Assembly (NCBI RefSeq): GCF_036588685.1
Contig: NC_086386.1
Span: forward strand, 30,690,001 to 30,754,000
DNA: 64,000 nt
Origin: Mytilus trossulus
Lineage: Eukaryota
Reading direction: 5' to 3'
Below, one piece after another: positions 29,212 to 41,700 of this stretch. Within the stretch, counting starts at the first letter, position 1. Every line of letters begins with the position of its first letter. The notes beneath the pieces are model-generated. The model worked only from the letters and a program-made list of their open reading frames with translations, had not been told where the DNA came from and did no database searches. The position numbers and the translations under genes are program-made.

Positions 29212-32200
29212 CTGCAACATTGTACTTTTTACGTCTTCCCATACTATAAAAACACTACGTATTTAATCTTATACAAGTATTTTGATGTAAATAATAGTAC
29301 AGTCAATGTTTCGCATGCTAAGCATTCTAATTCATCAGTAACATACGTTCGTGGTTCATTCCCTCTATATTTTAAGATAGCATAGGTTCTCATCAGTTTG
29401 ACTGCCCCTCTGGTATCTTTCGTCCCTCTTTTATGGCAAATCAAACACATATAAATCATTATTAACCACTGAAGTCTTATTGTTTACTACCATAACAAAA
29501 GTAGAAGAAGCAAGTCTACTTAGCTTTTCATATTTTTGTAATACATTCTATATCCTGGATATGTGATATGTGTATTTGTGTTACACATGGTATGCTTCTA
29601 CCCTGTAAGCATTTGATGTCAAATCCAATTTAGGTTTAGGTTTATCCTACCTATCTACCGTTAGTCTGTAATGTTATTTGAACAGACCTCCCTTTTCTAT
29701 TAATTGTTACTTGAAATAAGTTTAACAACATAAAATAAAAACTATATGTATAGTTAATTTCTCAATCACATCTATCATTTCACGTTTATGACATTATCTA
29801 TTGCTATCACCTGAGTTTTCTTGTCATAAGCAACAACACAAATGCAACATGTGCAGAATTTTTCTTTTTCAAGACCATGTATATTTGTCTTTTAATTTGG
29901 TTTTCTTTGCTAAATATTTAGGATTCCGTGTAAGAATTTGTATTGTATTTATTGTTTTTTTGGCAACTGTTTGTCTTTCGTCGCCTTTTCGTTTGCGATT
30001 GCACACTTGGTATATTTTTACCATTAATTCATAATAAATTCTTTTGATGTCGAGTTTTACTTTTTCCCACAATGCTCGTCAACAAAAATAACTCCTAGTA
30101 TATAAAAAAAAACTCGTCAAAGATACCAGGCTATAATTTTGAATGTGACATGTGCTTTTGTTATCAAAACGCTATTACTGCATGACGCCTGAATAAAAAC
30201 AAAAGCAAAAGCAAAAAACAAAAGTGCGATGTTTAAAGTAGGGAGGAGTCAAAATTCCAAACATACTTCCTAATGCAGCTAAGGTAATATACTCCTGGGG
30301 TAGAAAATCCCTTAAGTATTTCGAATATTTTTTAAAGTTCGGAAACATTGGATTAAAAAATATGACCATATCAATGATATTTTATATAAACACTAAAGTG
30401 CTAATAAATGATTCTTTATGCCAGTACAATCTCCACTATTTTGCTTTTACAAACACAACAACTGCAATTCTGACCATTACTTGACATAATATAGTATAAT
30501 ATTTACAATACAGTGGAATATGCTGCTATTTATCTTAAACTACTGTATTTCAAGTTTCTTATCATATAAAAAAATATTCATAAAAATAATTCTGCAGAAT
30601 TCAAAACGACACTGTATTTATACAAATTTTGGCATTTTACCAAATCAAGAAAATTCCCTTTATGAGCCTATTTTGAATAGATTTTTTTTACCTTTGCACA
30701 CTGATTTGAAATTAACTAACACTACACTAATCAATTAGTCATTTTTGAACAATAACATATGTTTGAACTAACTACAGGGATATAACTCTGAAAACATCAG
30801 CTAAACGTTTTAGTTACGTCATATTGTTAAGGGAATACTAAGCTTCTCATTGATCAAAATTATTGTTGATCAAACTGCTATTTAACCAGTGTAATATTTC
30901 TTATCAAATGGATGGTTCGAATTTTTCTAATTTTGTCAAAGGGTCGAAGTAATTACTTTGTCAAAATTTTATGAAAATTAAACGAGTCAAATGTATTTTA
31001 GTGAAGGTGTTTGGTTCCACCTTAACATAGAATTCATGGGAATGAAAATTTATTTAAGATCTTTTATCAGTTTGATTTTGTGACATAGTAATCAAAGGTT
31101 TAGATATTCAAAAATATTAAACGTTTGATAGTATTAGAACTAAAGCAACCTAAAAAGTAAAAAAAAAACAACAACAAACCCATCTACGATGAGCTTTGAG
31201 TTTGATATTCTTGTAATTTGAAATTTTGATCAGTTATTCGGTGCTGGATTGACAATACAAAATATGGTTTGATTTACATATACAAATCATTGTAAAAGAG
31301 AGATGAATGATACCAATGGGATTTTCAAACTCAAAATTGGAAAACAAATAGAAAATACGCAACAAAACGCAAAGCGAATAACAACAAAAAAATATGAAAT
31401 GTATCTCCCTGATGCATCATAGCCTTTATTAATAAAAAAAATAAAGATTGAATGATGCATAGAGTTTTAATAGAATATAATACGAAGTGATACGTGACTG
31501 AAAATGAGATAAAAGAATGAACATGTAAACAACTATATGTCACTGTACGGCCTTGAACAATGAGCAAATACATACCATATAGTAAGGTGTCGACGGCAGC
31601 ATTTTGACAAAATTTGAAAACATTAAATTGTGAAAAACAACAGCAATTGAAATACTAGAACCAATTAACGGGGAAAATGTGATAGACGCAGCCAACAACA
31701 ACTGTTACATTGCAGGTTCCTAATTTTTGATACATATACCTAGATTTTGTGTTTTTCAGTGTTTTCATACTTTTATTTGTCAGTGAATAAATTTTGCTGT
31801 CCGTACTGAAGCTTAAGTTGCACTAGCCAATTTATTGTGTCTGTTTAGTTAACGCATCATTGTAAATATAACGGAATTTGATGAGACTGTCATCAAAGTG
31901 AGAGGGTTAGCGCTATAAAACCAGGTTAAATCCACCATTTGCTACACCTGAAAATGCCTGTATCAAGTCAGGAATATGACAGTTCTTGTCCATTCGTTTT
32001 AATGCGTTTTGTTATTTGATTTTGCCATGTGATTATGGACATTCCGAATTGATTTTCCTCTAAGGTCAGTATTTTGTGATTTTACTTTTTATCTGGTAAT
32101 TTTTTGTTGTTTTATTTAAAATTTTAAGAGTTGTTTGATGAGACAACTGCTATTTAAACTGAAAGAAACTGAATTTAAATCATTTGTAATTATGTGTTTT

Positions 32201-32598
32201 TTTTTTAATGATTCGTTATTAAGTACATTTATGGCCTTGATTTTAAGTACAATTTGCATTTGATAATATAATCTCTTTAATATAACATTCGCGAAACATT
32301 TTGACAGAGGTATAAAGACTAAAATAACAAAAATACCGAACTGAAAGGGAAATTCAAAACGGAAAGTACTTTATAAAATGGTAAAATCAAAAGCTCGAGC
32401 ACATCAAAGGAATGAAAACCAATCGTCATATTCCTGACTAGTTACAGGCATTTCCTTATGTAGAAAATTGTGTATTCAACCTGGTTTTATAGCTAGCTAA
32501 ACCTTTTACTTCTATAATAGTCCCATTGCAATCTTTTATATTGCCAACAATGCGTGAGCAAAACAAAACGACAAAATAGGTAAAACGTTAAAATAATT

Positions 32599-34185
32599 GG
32601 AGTACAGCAGTCAACATTGTAACATATTATAAATCACTATAAAACAAATAACTGGTTCATCAACGAAACACAAAATGATATACATATTTACAAACGTACA
32701 TAAGCAAAAATTAAAATGCAATAGCTCAATAATCATAGCACAATAATTTAATTTTAGATGTAATGCGTCTTCTGATTGGCGTTTTGGCTCATTTTCAGCC
32801 CATTGACATAATTTTGTCATGAGACCGTGAAGTCATCAACGTTTTTTCATGATTTACTCCAATTTAAATGGATTTTAGAATTAAATTATAAGAAATGACT
32901 GTTAATAGTTATAAAAAGTACCAGGATTATAATTTAGTACGCCGACGCGCGTTTCGTCTACATAAGACTCATCAATGACGCTCATATCAAAATATTTATA
33001 AAGCCAAACAAGTGCAAATTTGAAGAGCATAGAGGATCCAAAATTCCAAAAAGTTGTGCCAAATACAGGTAAGGTAATCTATGCCTGGGATAAGAAATTC
33101 CTTAGTTTCACGAAAAGTTCAAAGTTTTGTAAACAGGAAATTTATAAAATGATCACTTTATTGATATTTATGTCAACACCGAAATGTTGACTACTGAGCT
33201 GGTGATACCCTCGGGGACAAAACGTCCACCAGCAGTGGCATCGACCCAGTGGTGTAAATAGATATCAAAAGTAACAGGATTATAATTTAGTACGCCGACG
33301 CGCGTTTCGTCTACATAAGACTCATCAGTTGGATACAGCAGGCAACATTGTAACAATATAAATCACTATAAAACAAATAACTGTTTCATCGACGAAACAC
33401 AAAATGATATACATATATACAAAAGTTCATACGCAAAATTTAAAATGCAATAGCTCAATGATCATAGCGCAATAATTTAATTTTAGATGTAATGCGTCTT
33501 CTGATTGGCTGACGTCGCCTTGGCCCATTTTCAGCCCATTGACATAATTTTGTCATGAGACCGTGACGTCATCAACGTTTTTTCATGATTTACTCCAATT
33601 AATGAGAGCCGTGGTGTAGTGGTTAGTGCATCGGACTACTAACACAAAGGTTCCTGGTTCGATTCCCGTTCGGGATGAAAATTTCAGGAACTCAATTTTC
33701 GGCTCTCCCTTGACACCATTTGCGAGAATGGTCTTAAGGAAACGATGATAGTCCGTCAGAAGCGGACGATAAATGACTGACCCGTGTTAAGAGAGAGCCA
33801 TATCTCTTGCACGTTAAAGACATCCTTGTAGGTTTCGAAAAAGAGTAGGCTAATGCCGCTACAAGGCAGCACTCGTACCCGCAAAGTGGAAAGGGATTAA
33901 TATAAGTTGCAAAACTTGTTTCCCAATCCACTATAAATAAATATGTTTAAACTATCAGTGACGCTCATATCAAAATATTTATAGAGCCAAACAAGTGCAA
34001 GCTGAAGAGCATAGAGAATATATGCCTGGAATAAGAAATTCCTTAGTTTCAAGAAAAATTCAAAGTTTTGTAAACAGGAAATTTATAAAATTATCACATT
34101 ATTGATATTCATGTCAACACCGAAGTGTTGACTACTGGGCTGGTGATACCATCGGGGACGAAACGTCTACCAGCAGTGGCATTCA
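32599..34185 (+). repeat. Local tandem duplication (unit about 730 bp) built of dispersed repeats, with the second unit interrupted by a SINE
   Basis: 32599-32866 is repeated at 33331-33603; the repeat CCAGGATTATAATTTAGTACGCC...GACGCTCATATC... (32920-33330) resumes at 33955; other copies at about 24967-25035 and 30115-30400. Confidence 0.7.
33604..33953 (+). mobile_element. tRNA-derived SINE with Deu/Nin-like central domain
   Basis: Pol III box A TGGTGTAGTGG and box B GGTTCGATTCC; central GGACGATAAA...CCCGTG...CACGTTAAAGA...TTCGAAAAAGAGTAGG resembles the Deu/Nin domain; AT-rich tail; no complete tRNA acceptor stem. Confidence 0.8.
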
Positions 34186-37100
34186 AAATATTCAAAATAA
34201 CATAAAAAATGTGGTGCACACTTTAAATAACCCGCTACTCGCGTTATTCAGTGTGCAACACATTTGTTATGTTATTTTTTCAAAGGCATGAAAAATATTA
34301 CAGTCATTCCTTAAATAACACAATGGTGAGATGTATAAGTATCGATCCTGGTAATACGTATATAACCCAAAAAACAGTAAATATACAACGACAAAAGGAG
34401 GAAACATTTATGTTCATTACAGCAGTTGCATCAGTTACCTTCCTTTCTGATTGTATCTCATTTATAATGCATTACATTTTCTATAATTTTGTGCTATTTT
34501 CACATTTCCTGATCGGAAAAATAGTTCTCCTCACTAGTGAAAAATCTGTTCTCGGTAAATGATTGGTTGAAATTTAATTGTGACGTTAAATTTTCTTTTT
34601 TTCATCTGAATTTTCTTATGGTAACGTCATAAAAATGGCGACCATGTCTGAAGACGTCACATCTAAAGTACACAATTTTCCTCAAATCTTTGAAAATGAA
34701 GGATAAAAATCATTAGGGAAACAGATTCTACCACTGTTACTCGTGTATATTACGATGTTTCTCCACTCTCAACATATAAGTGGAAAGCCTCGCGCTTTAA
34801 TTATTAAAATTTAACTGTCTCGAGTGCCGACATATCGTAATACACTTGTTGCATTGTGGAATCTATATGTAATCAACAATTAAAAAAATTATTACGTATA
34901 CTTACAGTATGAAACGAATTAGTGACATGTATATAACAGTTTCTTAAAGGACCTAAACAAAATAATATACAGTATAAGTAAATGCAGTTAAAAGTTGGGA
35001 TTTCATGTTAAAGAATTTTAGTCGTCTGGTCTCTAATTTTTTAGCTTCTGTTTTACAAAGGTCCTTTCGCAATAATGATAATATTCGATTTGATATACGA
35101 TAACAATACTTATATATACAAATTTCACAATTATGACATGGAAATCAATACAGCTATATTTATTGTTCTCAGCTAAATTTCGTCTAGCTGAATCGTAAAA
35201 GATCTAAATATATCTTATCATACAAGTGAGAGGTTTACCGCTATAAAACCAGGTTCAATCCACCATCTTCTACATTTGAAAATGCCTGTACCAAGTCAGG
35301 AATATGACAATTGTTGTCCATTTGTTTGATGTGTTTTGTCATTTGATTTTGCGATTTGATTAGGGACTTTCCGATTGAATTTTATTCGGAGTTCAGTATT
35401 TTTGTGATTTTACTTTTTGATCTTTTGATATAGTTTAGTCCTTTAGAAATTCATTCGTAATCTACTACTGTTTTTGCAAAAGTTAAAAAGTTTACGCCAA
35501 CAATTTAATCATTGGCAATATGACTTTTCCTCGACTATAAGCTCTATGTCAAAGCTATAAGTACGGTTGTCGATCTAATACTGCTACGGTTACAGTATTT
35601 AAATTCAAAAGTTAAAATAGAATTCTCTGTTTACATGGTTTAAGAATGCAAAAAGACTATTATAATAACTAGTTTACAACAAGAAAACTATAGCGATGAT
35701 GTATAAATTATTGATAAAATGAACACTGTCAGATGGTGTTTTTTTTTTTTTTTTTATCTTTAATAGATTCAAGTTTCATTTTTAAGTCAGTTTTTTTCCG
35801 TAATGACTCATATATGGCTATAGATGTATTACAAATGAACTTTTGAAATTTTATCCTTCTGAATAGAATACACACACAAATACACACGGAGAATTTTCAT
35901 TTAAAAATTACATAAAAGAGAGGAGGAAGGTACGAAACATAGACATTGATGGATAATAAAGGAAATGTTTGTTTTTCCACAATCATGTAACCATGGCTTT
36001 TCAGTGTGTACTTAGTTAAAGTATTTTACTTAGTTAAAGTATGTGTTCCTATATATATACACAAGTTATTCAAAACAATTTTATATAATTAAGGAAGAAC
36101 ATCATTGAAATAAAGTAAAACCCAGTAAACACTTACTTGTTTCACTTCAATCCTACAGGGAAGTAATGAACAATGACAGGTGGAAAAACTGTCTAGTATA
36201 TCTAACTTCATAATGACTATTTATAGATATACAAAAATCGTTATATATTATCATTGGTATGCTCAGACTGTATGTGTTTGATAAGTGTGCCTACTTGTAT
36301 CATAGGACCATGAGGTATATCTTAAGTAAAGATCTCACATGTCAGTATGTCATCCCAGTATGTCATACAGTGTTATATTGATCATAGTGTTCGCATAAAA
36401 TTAAGGACGAGAATATACTTACGGAGATTCCGTAATTTTTTTAATTGATGATTTCAACTTCACTACAAACTCGAAACTCTGGGTTCAATGACTTCCTTGT
36501 AAGTAGCATCCCTCTATCAAGGAAATTACATATTCAGTTAAACCATATCGGCTTCATATGGATGTATAGACAAAATTGTCTTTCGGGTGTATGATATATT
36601 TATCAATACACTTTTGTATATCATGTTTATAGAAGACTGGGGCGAGAGATACCACATGGACATGCAAATCATAGAAGAAATATTAACTGACAAAGCCATG
36701 GAAAATTTGAAAAAAAAAAACAGACAAAAAATAGTACAAACGACACAAGGAAAACTAAAAACTAAGCAACACCAACCCTTCTAAAAACTTGGGCTGATAG
36801 AATTTAGAATTTGATAAACTATATAAGCATATATTACTGAGTTAGTTAGATAATGCTACACCCTCAGCTAATCAACAAAGTATTACCCAAGTTACCATGT
36901 TATTCTTGCTCAAATGTTGACATTGAGACTACTAATAAATTTTTGTTTTACAACGTCGACCTTTAAATGTGACATCAATCAATGATAATACAGGGAAGTT
37001 GATATAATTGCACATTTGACTATCAAAGTATAAAAGTACACTTTGGCACTGTTTAAAATAGTGTCATTATCAATATTATAAAATTACAGGTCTTTATATT

Positions 37101-37399
37101 TAGTTTGAATGGATGCATTTAAAAACTGTTAAAGGATAAAAACACAATTTATAAATTTATTTGTGTAAACTTCTAAGTAATTTGACATGAAAACATATTT
37201 GTTTACTAGTAGTTTGGACTCTTTTTTTTTATAACAAACAAAACAGTTTGAGTACAAGCATTCATATGGAAACAAAATTCTTTTTTGCGGACTTGTTTTT
37301 GGTTATTTTTCATTTGAGGCCATCTTTTAATGGCAGCTTCTCTGAAAGAATACAAAGAAACTAGAATAATCCTTTAATTTTACGTCCCACTATAATATA

Positions 37400-37630
37400 T
37401 AATTATGTGATGTCCTCTCTCAATAACATAGAGTTTGCTGACTATGGTATGAATTCATCGAACCCATTAGGCTTGAAATCAAGGATGCCTCCCATACAGT
37501 TAAGTCTGCATCATATTGACAATGAAAGTCGGTGTTGAACAAAAAGTTCACGACATAAGATATAAATTTAGCTTCCCGATTGTGAACTTTCAATTTCTAT
37601 GTAGCAACCTTCCAGTCGTAGTAACATATA
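37400..37630 (+). mobile_element. Degenerate reverse-transcriptase remnant (Penelope-like)
   Basis: DVLSLNN..FADY...LEIKD...VKSAS...DNE...FSFPIVNF motifs in broken frames; same family as the remnant at about 19940. Confidence 0.55.
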
Positions 37631-38707
37631 ACAGGTAAAGGATTATCGTGTCGATTGTCTTTATACTCTAATTTTGCTGCCATATATTCTTATGTTATGA
37701 CATATATGCAGTTTAAAAGTACTACAATGAAAATTTTCCACGCGACAATATTAAAAACGGTTCACAAAAAAAACTGAAAGATTGACACCAAATAATTAAT
37801 CGTTAAAAATTATAACAATTTGAAATTTAGGAAAACAAATATGGAAAGAAGGATAATAAAGGTAAATAGATAAACTAATAAAGAAAGAAAGAAAGAAAAA
37901 AACAAAGTAGATTAATAAGATCAATACGACGAATCAAATCAATCGGATGAATTAAATAATTGAATTACTCTATTTATACATAAAATTGCCCCAAACTGTT
38001 CTTGAAATAGAACTGTCATGTTTGTATCTAAAGTAGAACAGTCCGAAGTTATCCCAGTATGCATATGCCTCATTTACAGCTTACAAAAAAGACAATAGAA
38101 TATATGCAAAAAGATTGCACGTATTTTCTTCAAGAGAAGTATGTAAAAGAAGAGAAAAGAGGGACGAAAGATACCAAAGGGACAGTCAAACTCATAAATC
38201 TAAAACAAACTGACAACGCCATGGCTAAAAATGAAAAAGACAGACAAAAAAAAACAATAGTACACATGACACAACATAGAAAACTAAAGAATAAACAATA
38301 TCATGAGTTAACAATGTTTATGATTATTACATTAACAGTGTTATTGTATCTATATATTACAGTTGATAACATAAAACGTAAAATAACAACAATACCAATT
38401 TACAAGGGAAATTCCTTTATAAAATGGTAAAATCAAAAGCTTAAACACATCAAACGAATGTAAAACAACTGTCATATTCCTAACCAGTAAACGCGATATG
38501 ATACAATATTCTCTTTATTATGTACATTTTTATTTTGATTGAACAACATTCTTGACTAGCACAATTCTATAAATTTCCACGTGGCATTATGTCAGACTTC
38601 TGTTAGGATTTATTCAAAATTCTTGACGCATATTTATCTTAGCTACATTGGCTTATTGTTTGAACATTTTGATACGGTAGCTCAGTTATTTTGTCAGTTT
38701 CTGTTGT

Positions 38708-41700
38708 TCAATCTTTATGATCCTGTTCAGTACAACTAAGTGTTTTTATGAAAGGCATTATATATTGGCTTTCTTCATAAACCATATTACCATTGTTCAG
38801 CAAGCATTCAGCATTTGTCTTATCGTTGGCTGTTAATTTTTCTTCAGTTTCGACCTTAAACTGGGTTTCTACCGTTTTATTTGGGTAATTATTGTACTTG
38901 TGTTCAGAATCATTTTCTGAAGAGACTTCTTTTATTTTTTCTTTGTTCGTGTAGTGGGAAATATCGAATGCAGGTGAGCTCATCTGATGATATAGTTCTG
39001 TATTTTCACTTGTATCAGCTTCGATATAATCGTACGTTTTGCTTGATGTTTTCTGTGAAGAACTATCAGCCATACTATGGTAATAACTATTTTCTTGACT
39101 TTGTTCTTCAACATATCTTACATGTTTTACTTCAGTTGGATCTTCGACATATCTTACATATTGACTAGAACTATCATCGCGATTTTCCACTCCACGAAAT
39201 GAATTAAATGATGCGTCGTTAGTAGATCCAACATTGATATCGTCAATATAATCATACTCCTGATTCTGCTGTATTTCGTCATATTGCTTGATATTGTCCA
39301 TTTTAATTTGTTCCCAAGGCATACTGCTTTTTCTCTGATTTTGTCGTTTTCTTAATAAACTGTTGAAAAAGACGTAAAGAAATTGATGTTACAAAATGTT
39401 CGTAATACAAGTTTTATGAGTTTGACCGTCCCTCTGGTATTTTTCGTCCCTCTTTTAGTTAAAACACATAATATATACTTCCAATTTCAGTGTCACGTAC
39501 TTTTCCGATTACTTTTATGACTATTCGCCATGTTAAAGGAATACACTCATGGTAAACTCTGCCTCAAGGAGGCTAACCCTTGTTTCTAGTGAAATTACTT
39601 AGTATGTAATTCGTGAAGTAGGATACTAGCAATCAACATTAATATTTAAAAACCTGCTGCAACACTTACTGCCGCGTGGACGAAATCCGAGTGGTTTGAG
39701 AGAGTTGTATGTAATCAAAAGTTTCGCCCGACTTTTATTTTCTGTACAGATGACAATTTGCAACAGTCAAATTAAACACTGGATTTGTATTTTTTCCAGT
39801 ATTACTTAAGTTGCGAGTAAAGAAATTTAGTTTTAGTATAGGTTATAATAATAGATACTTTTATGAATGCTTCAATGAAACTTGAAAATTCGTCTGCCTT
39901 CTTGTACATACCAACACAATACAATCATACCGATGACACAAATAACAGCAAGCGTCACACAAACACAGGTAACAATAACCAAACCCATATCAGTGCTGGT
40001 AGATACTGAAATAATGATAATGACATGAATGATAATATCAGATTATTACATGGCATTTTTCATATCGCATGTATTATCAGCCCTAGGTTCAATATCAGCC
40101 CAAGAGCCGCATGGCTCGAGGGCTGATATTGACCGAGGACTGATAATACATGCGATATGAAAAATGACATGTTATGATCTTTTTATTATCTGCTTAAACA
40201 ATGGAGAATAATAACTGCTAGAATCATAATTGATCCTCAGTTTTACGTGGTTACCAAATAGAAGTTCAAAGAGTGCAGTTCACGGACGTCGGACTCCTAA
40301 TTAAGTTCAATCGATATGAAATCTTTCTATTATATACCTCAACAGAGAAGAAAAATATTTTGATATAGACGAATCAACAAAATAAATAATTCAACAATAT
40401 ATGATAGAAAGATATCATATCGAATGTACTAAATATTGGTCCGTGAACTTGCAATATTTGAACTTTTATTTTGGAACCACGTAAAAGGATCAATATACGA
40501 ATCTGTTATTCTTTTCCATTGTTAAAGCATATGATAAAAAGATCATAACATGTCATTTTTCATATCGCATGTATTATCAGCCATCGACCATACAGCTCTT
40601 GGGCTGATATTGAACCTAGGGCTGATAATACATGCGATATGAAAAATGCCATGAAATAATCTGATATGATAATGATAATGAATATGATAATGATAATAAA
40701 TATGATAATGATAATAAATATGATAATGATAATAAATATGATAAATTGATAATGATAATAAATATAATAATGATAGTAAATATGATAATGATAATAAATA
40801 TGATAATGATAATAAATATCATAATGATAATAAATATCATAATGATAATAGATATGATAATGATAGTAAATATGATAATGATAATAAATATGATAATGAT
40901 AATAAATATGATAATGATAATAAATATGATAATGATAATAAATATCATAATGATAATTATGATAATGATTATAGTGACTATAATGATAATAATGGTATTA
41001 ATTATAAGAATAATAATGATAATGATGATGATGATAATAATTAATCAATACAAACATACTTTAACGAAAGAAAATTTAACTACCATTGGAAGTTCATTAT
41101 AACTTGTTCCAGTTCATCAATATAGAAGCATGAACTTCGTTAAGGTTTCATACCATCGCAATATTATAGGCGCGTTTTAGTAAAACCTCAAAATTGATGA
41201 ATTGCTAATTCTTTAAAGTTTTAAATATTGATGATATATTCACCATCACAGGAAAAACTGTTTAAAACAAAATAACTTTTCCCCAAGTGAATTGTCTGGA
41301 GAAAAATATGTCATTTTGACATATTCGAAAACCAATAAATAAAACGGAATTAAAATGTTTTTCTTAAATTGAATTTTAAGGAAGTCGGTAGCAGTTTATA
41401 AATACAGGATTTTCATACATAATTTTCTTTACTCCTTGGTTTTGATTGTTTTTGTCTTTCTTTCTTTCTTCCTTCCTTTTTTATTTGTTTTTGATATTTA
41501 GCTGCTACAATCTGTAAGTATATTTATAGACTTTTTAGCTCACCTGGTCGAAATTTTCAGACGTATCAGACTGCCTGTTGATGGGTTGCTGTCATTGGTA
41601 ATTTTAAGGACATTTTATAGTTTATAGTTGTTATTTTGAAAATTATTACAGATAGAGATAAACTGTATACAGCAATAATGTTCAGCAAAATAAGATCTAC

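Noticed and set aside
33604-33680. tRNA gene
   Set aside because: A and B boxes are present but the acceptor stem does not pair and a SINE body follows.
34906-36150. Candidate 5' exons of the Mieap-like gene (about 34906-34952 and 36137-36152)
   Set aside because: Good donors but no ATG in a compatible phase; may be UTR exons, not supportable.
40616-41102. Ile-rich membrane protein ORFs
   Set aside because: Translations of the 18-bp minisatellite.
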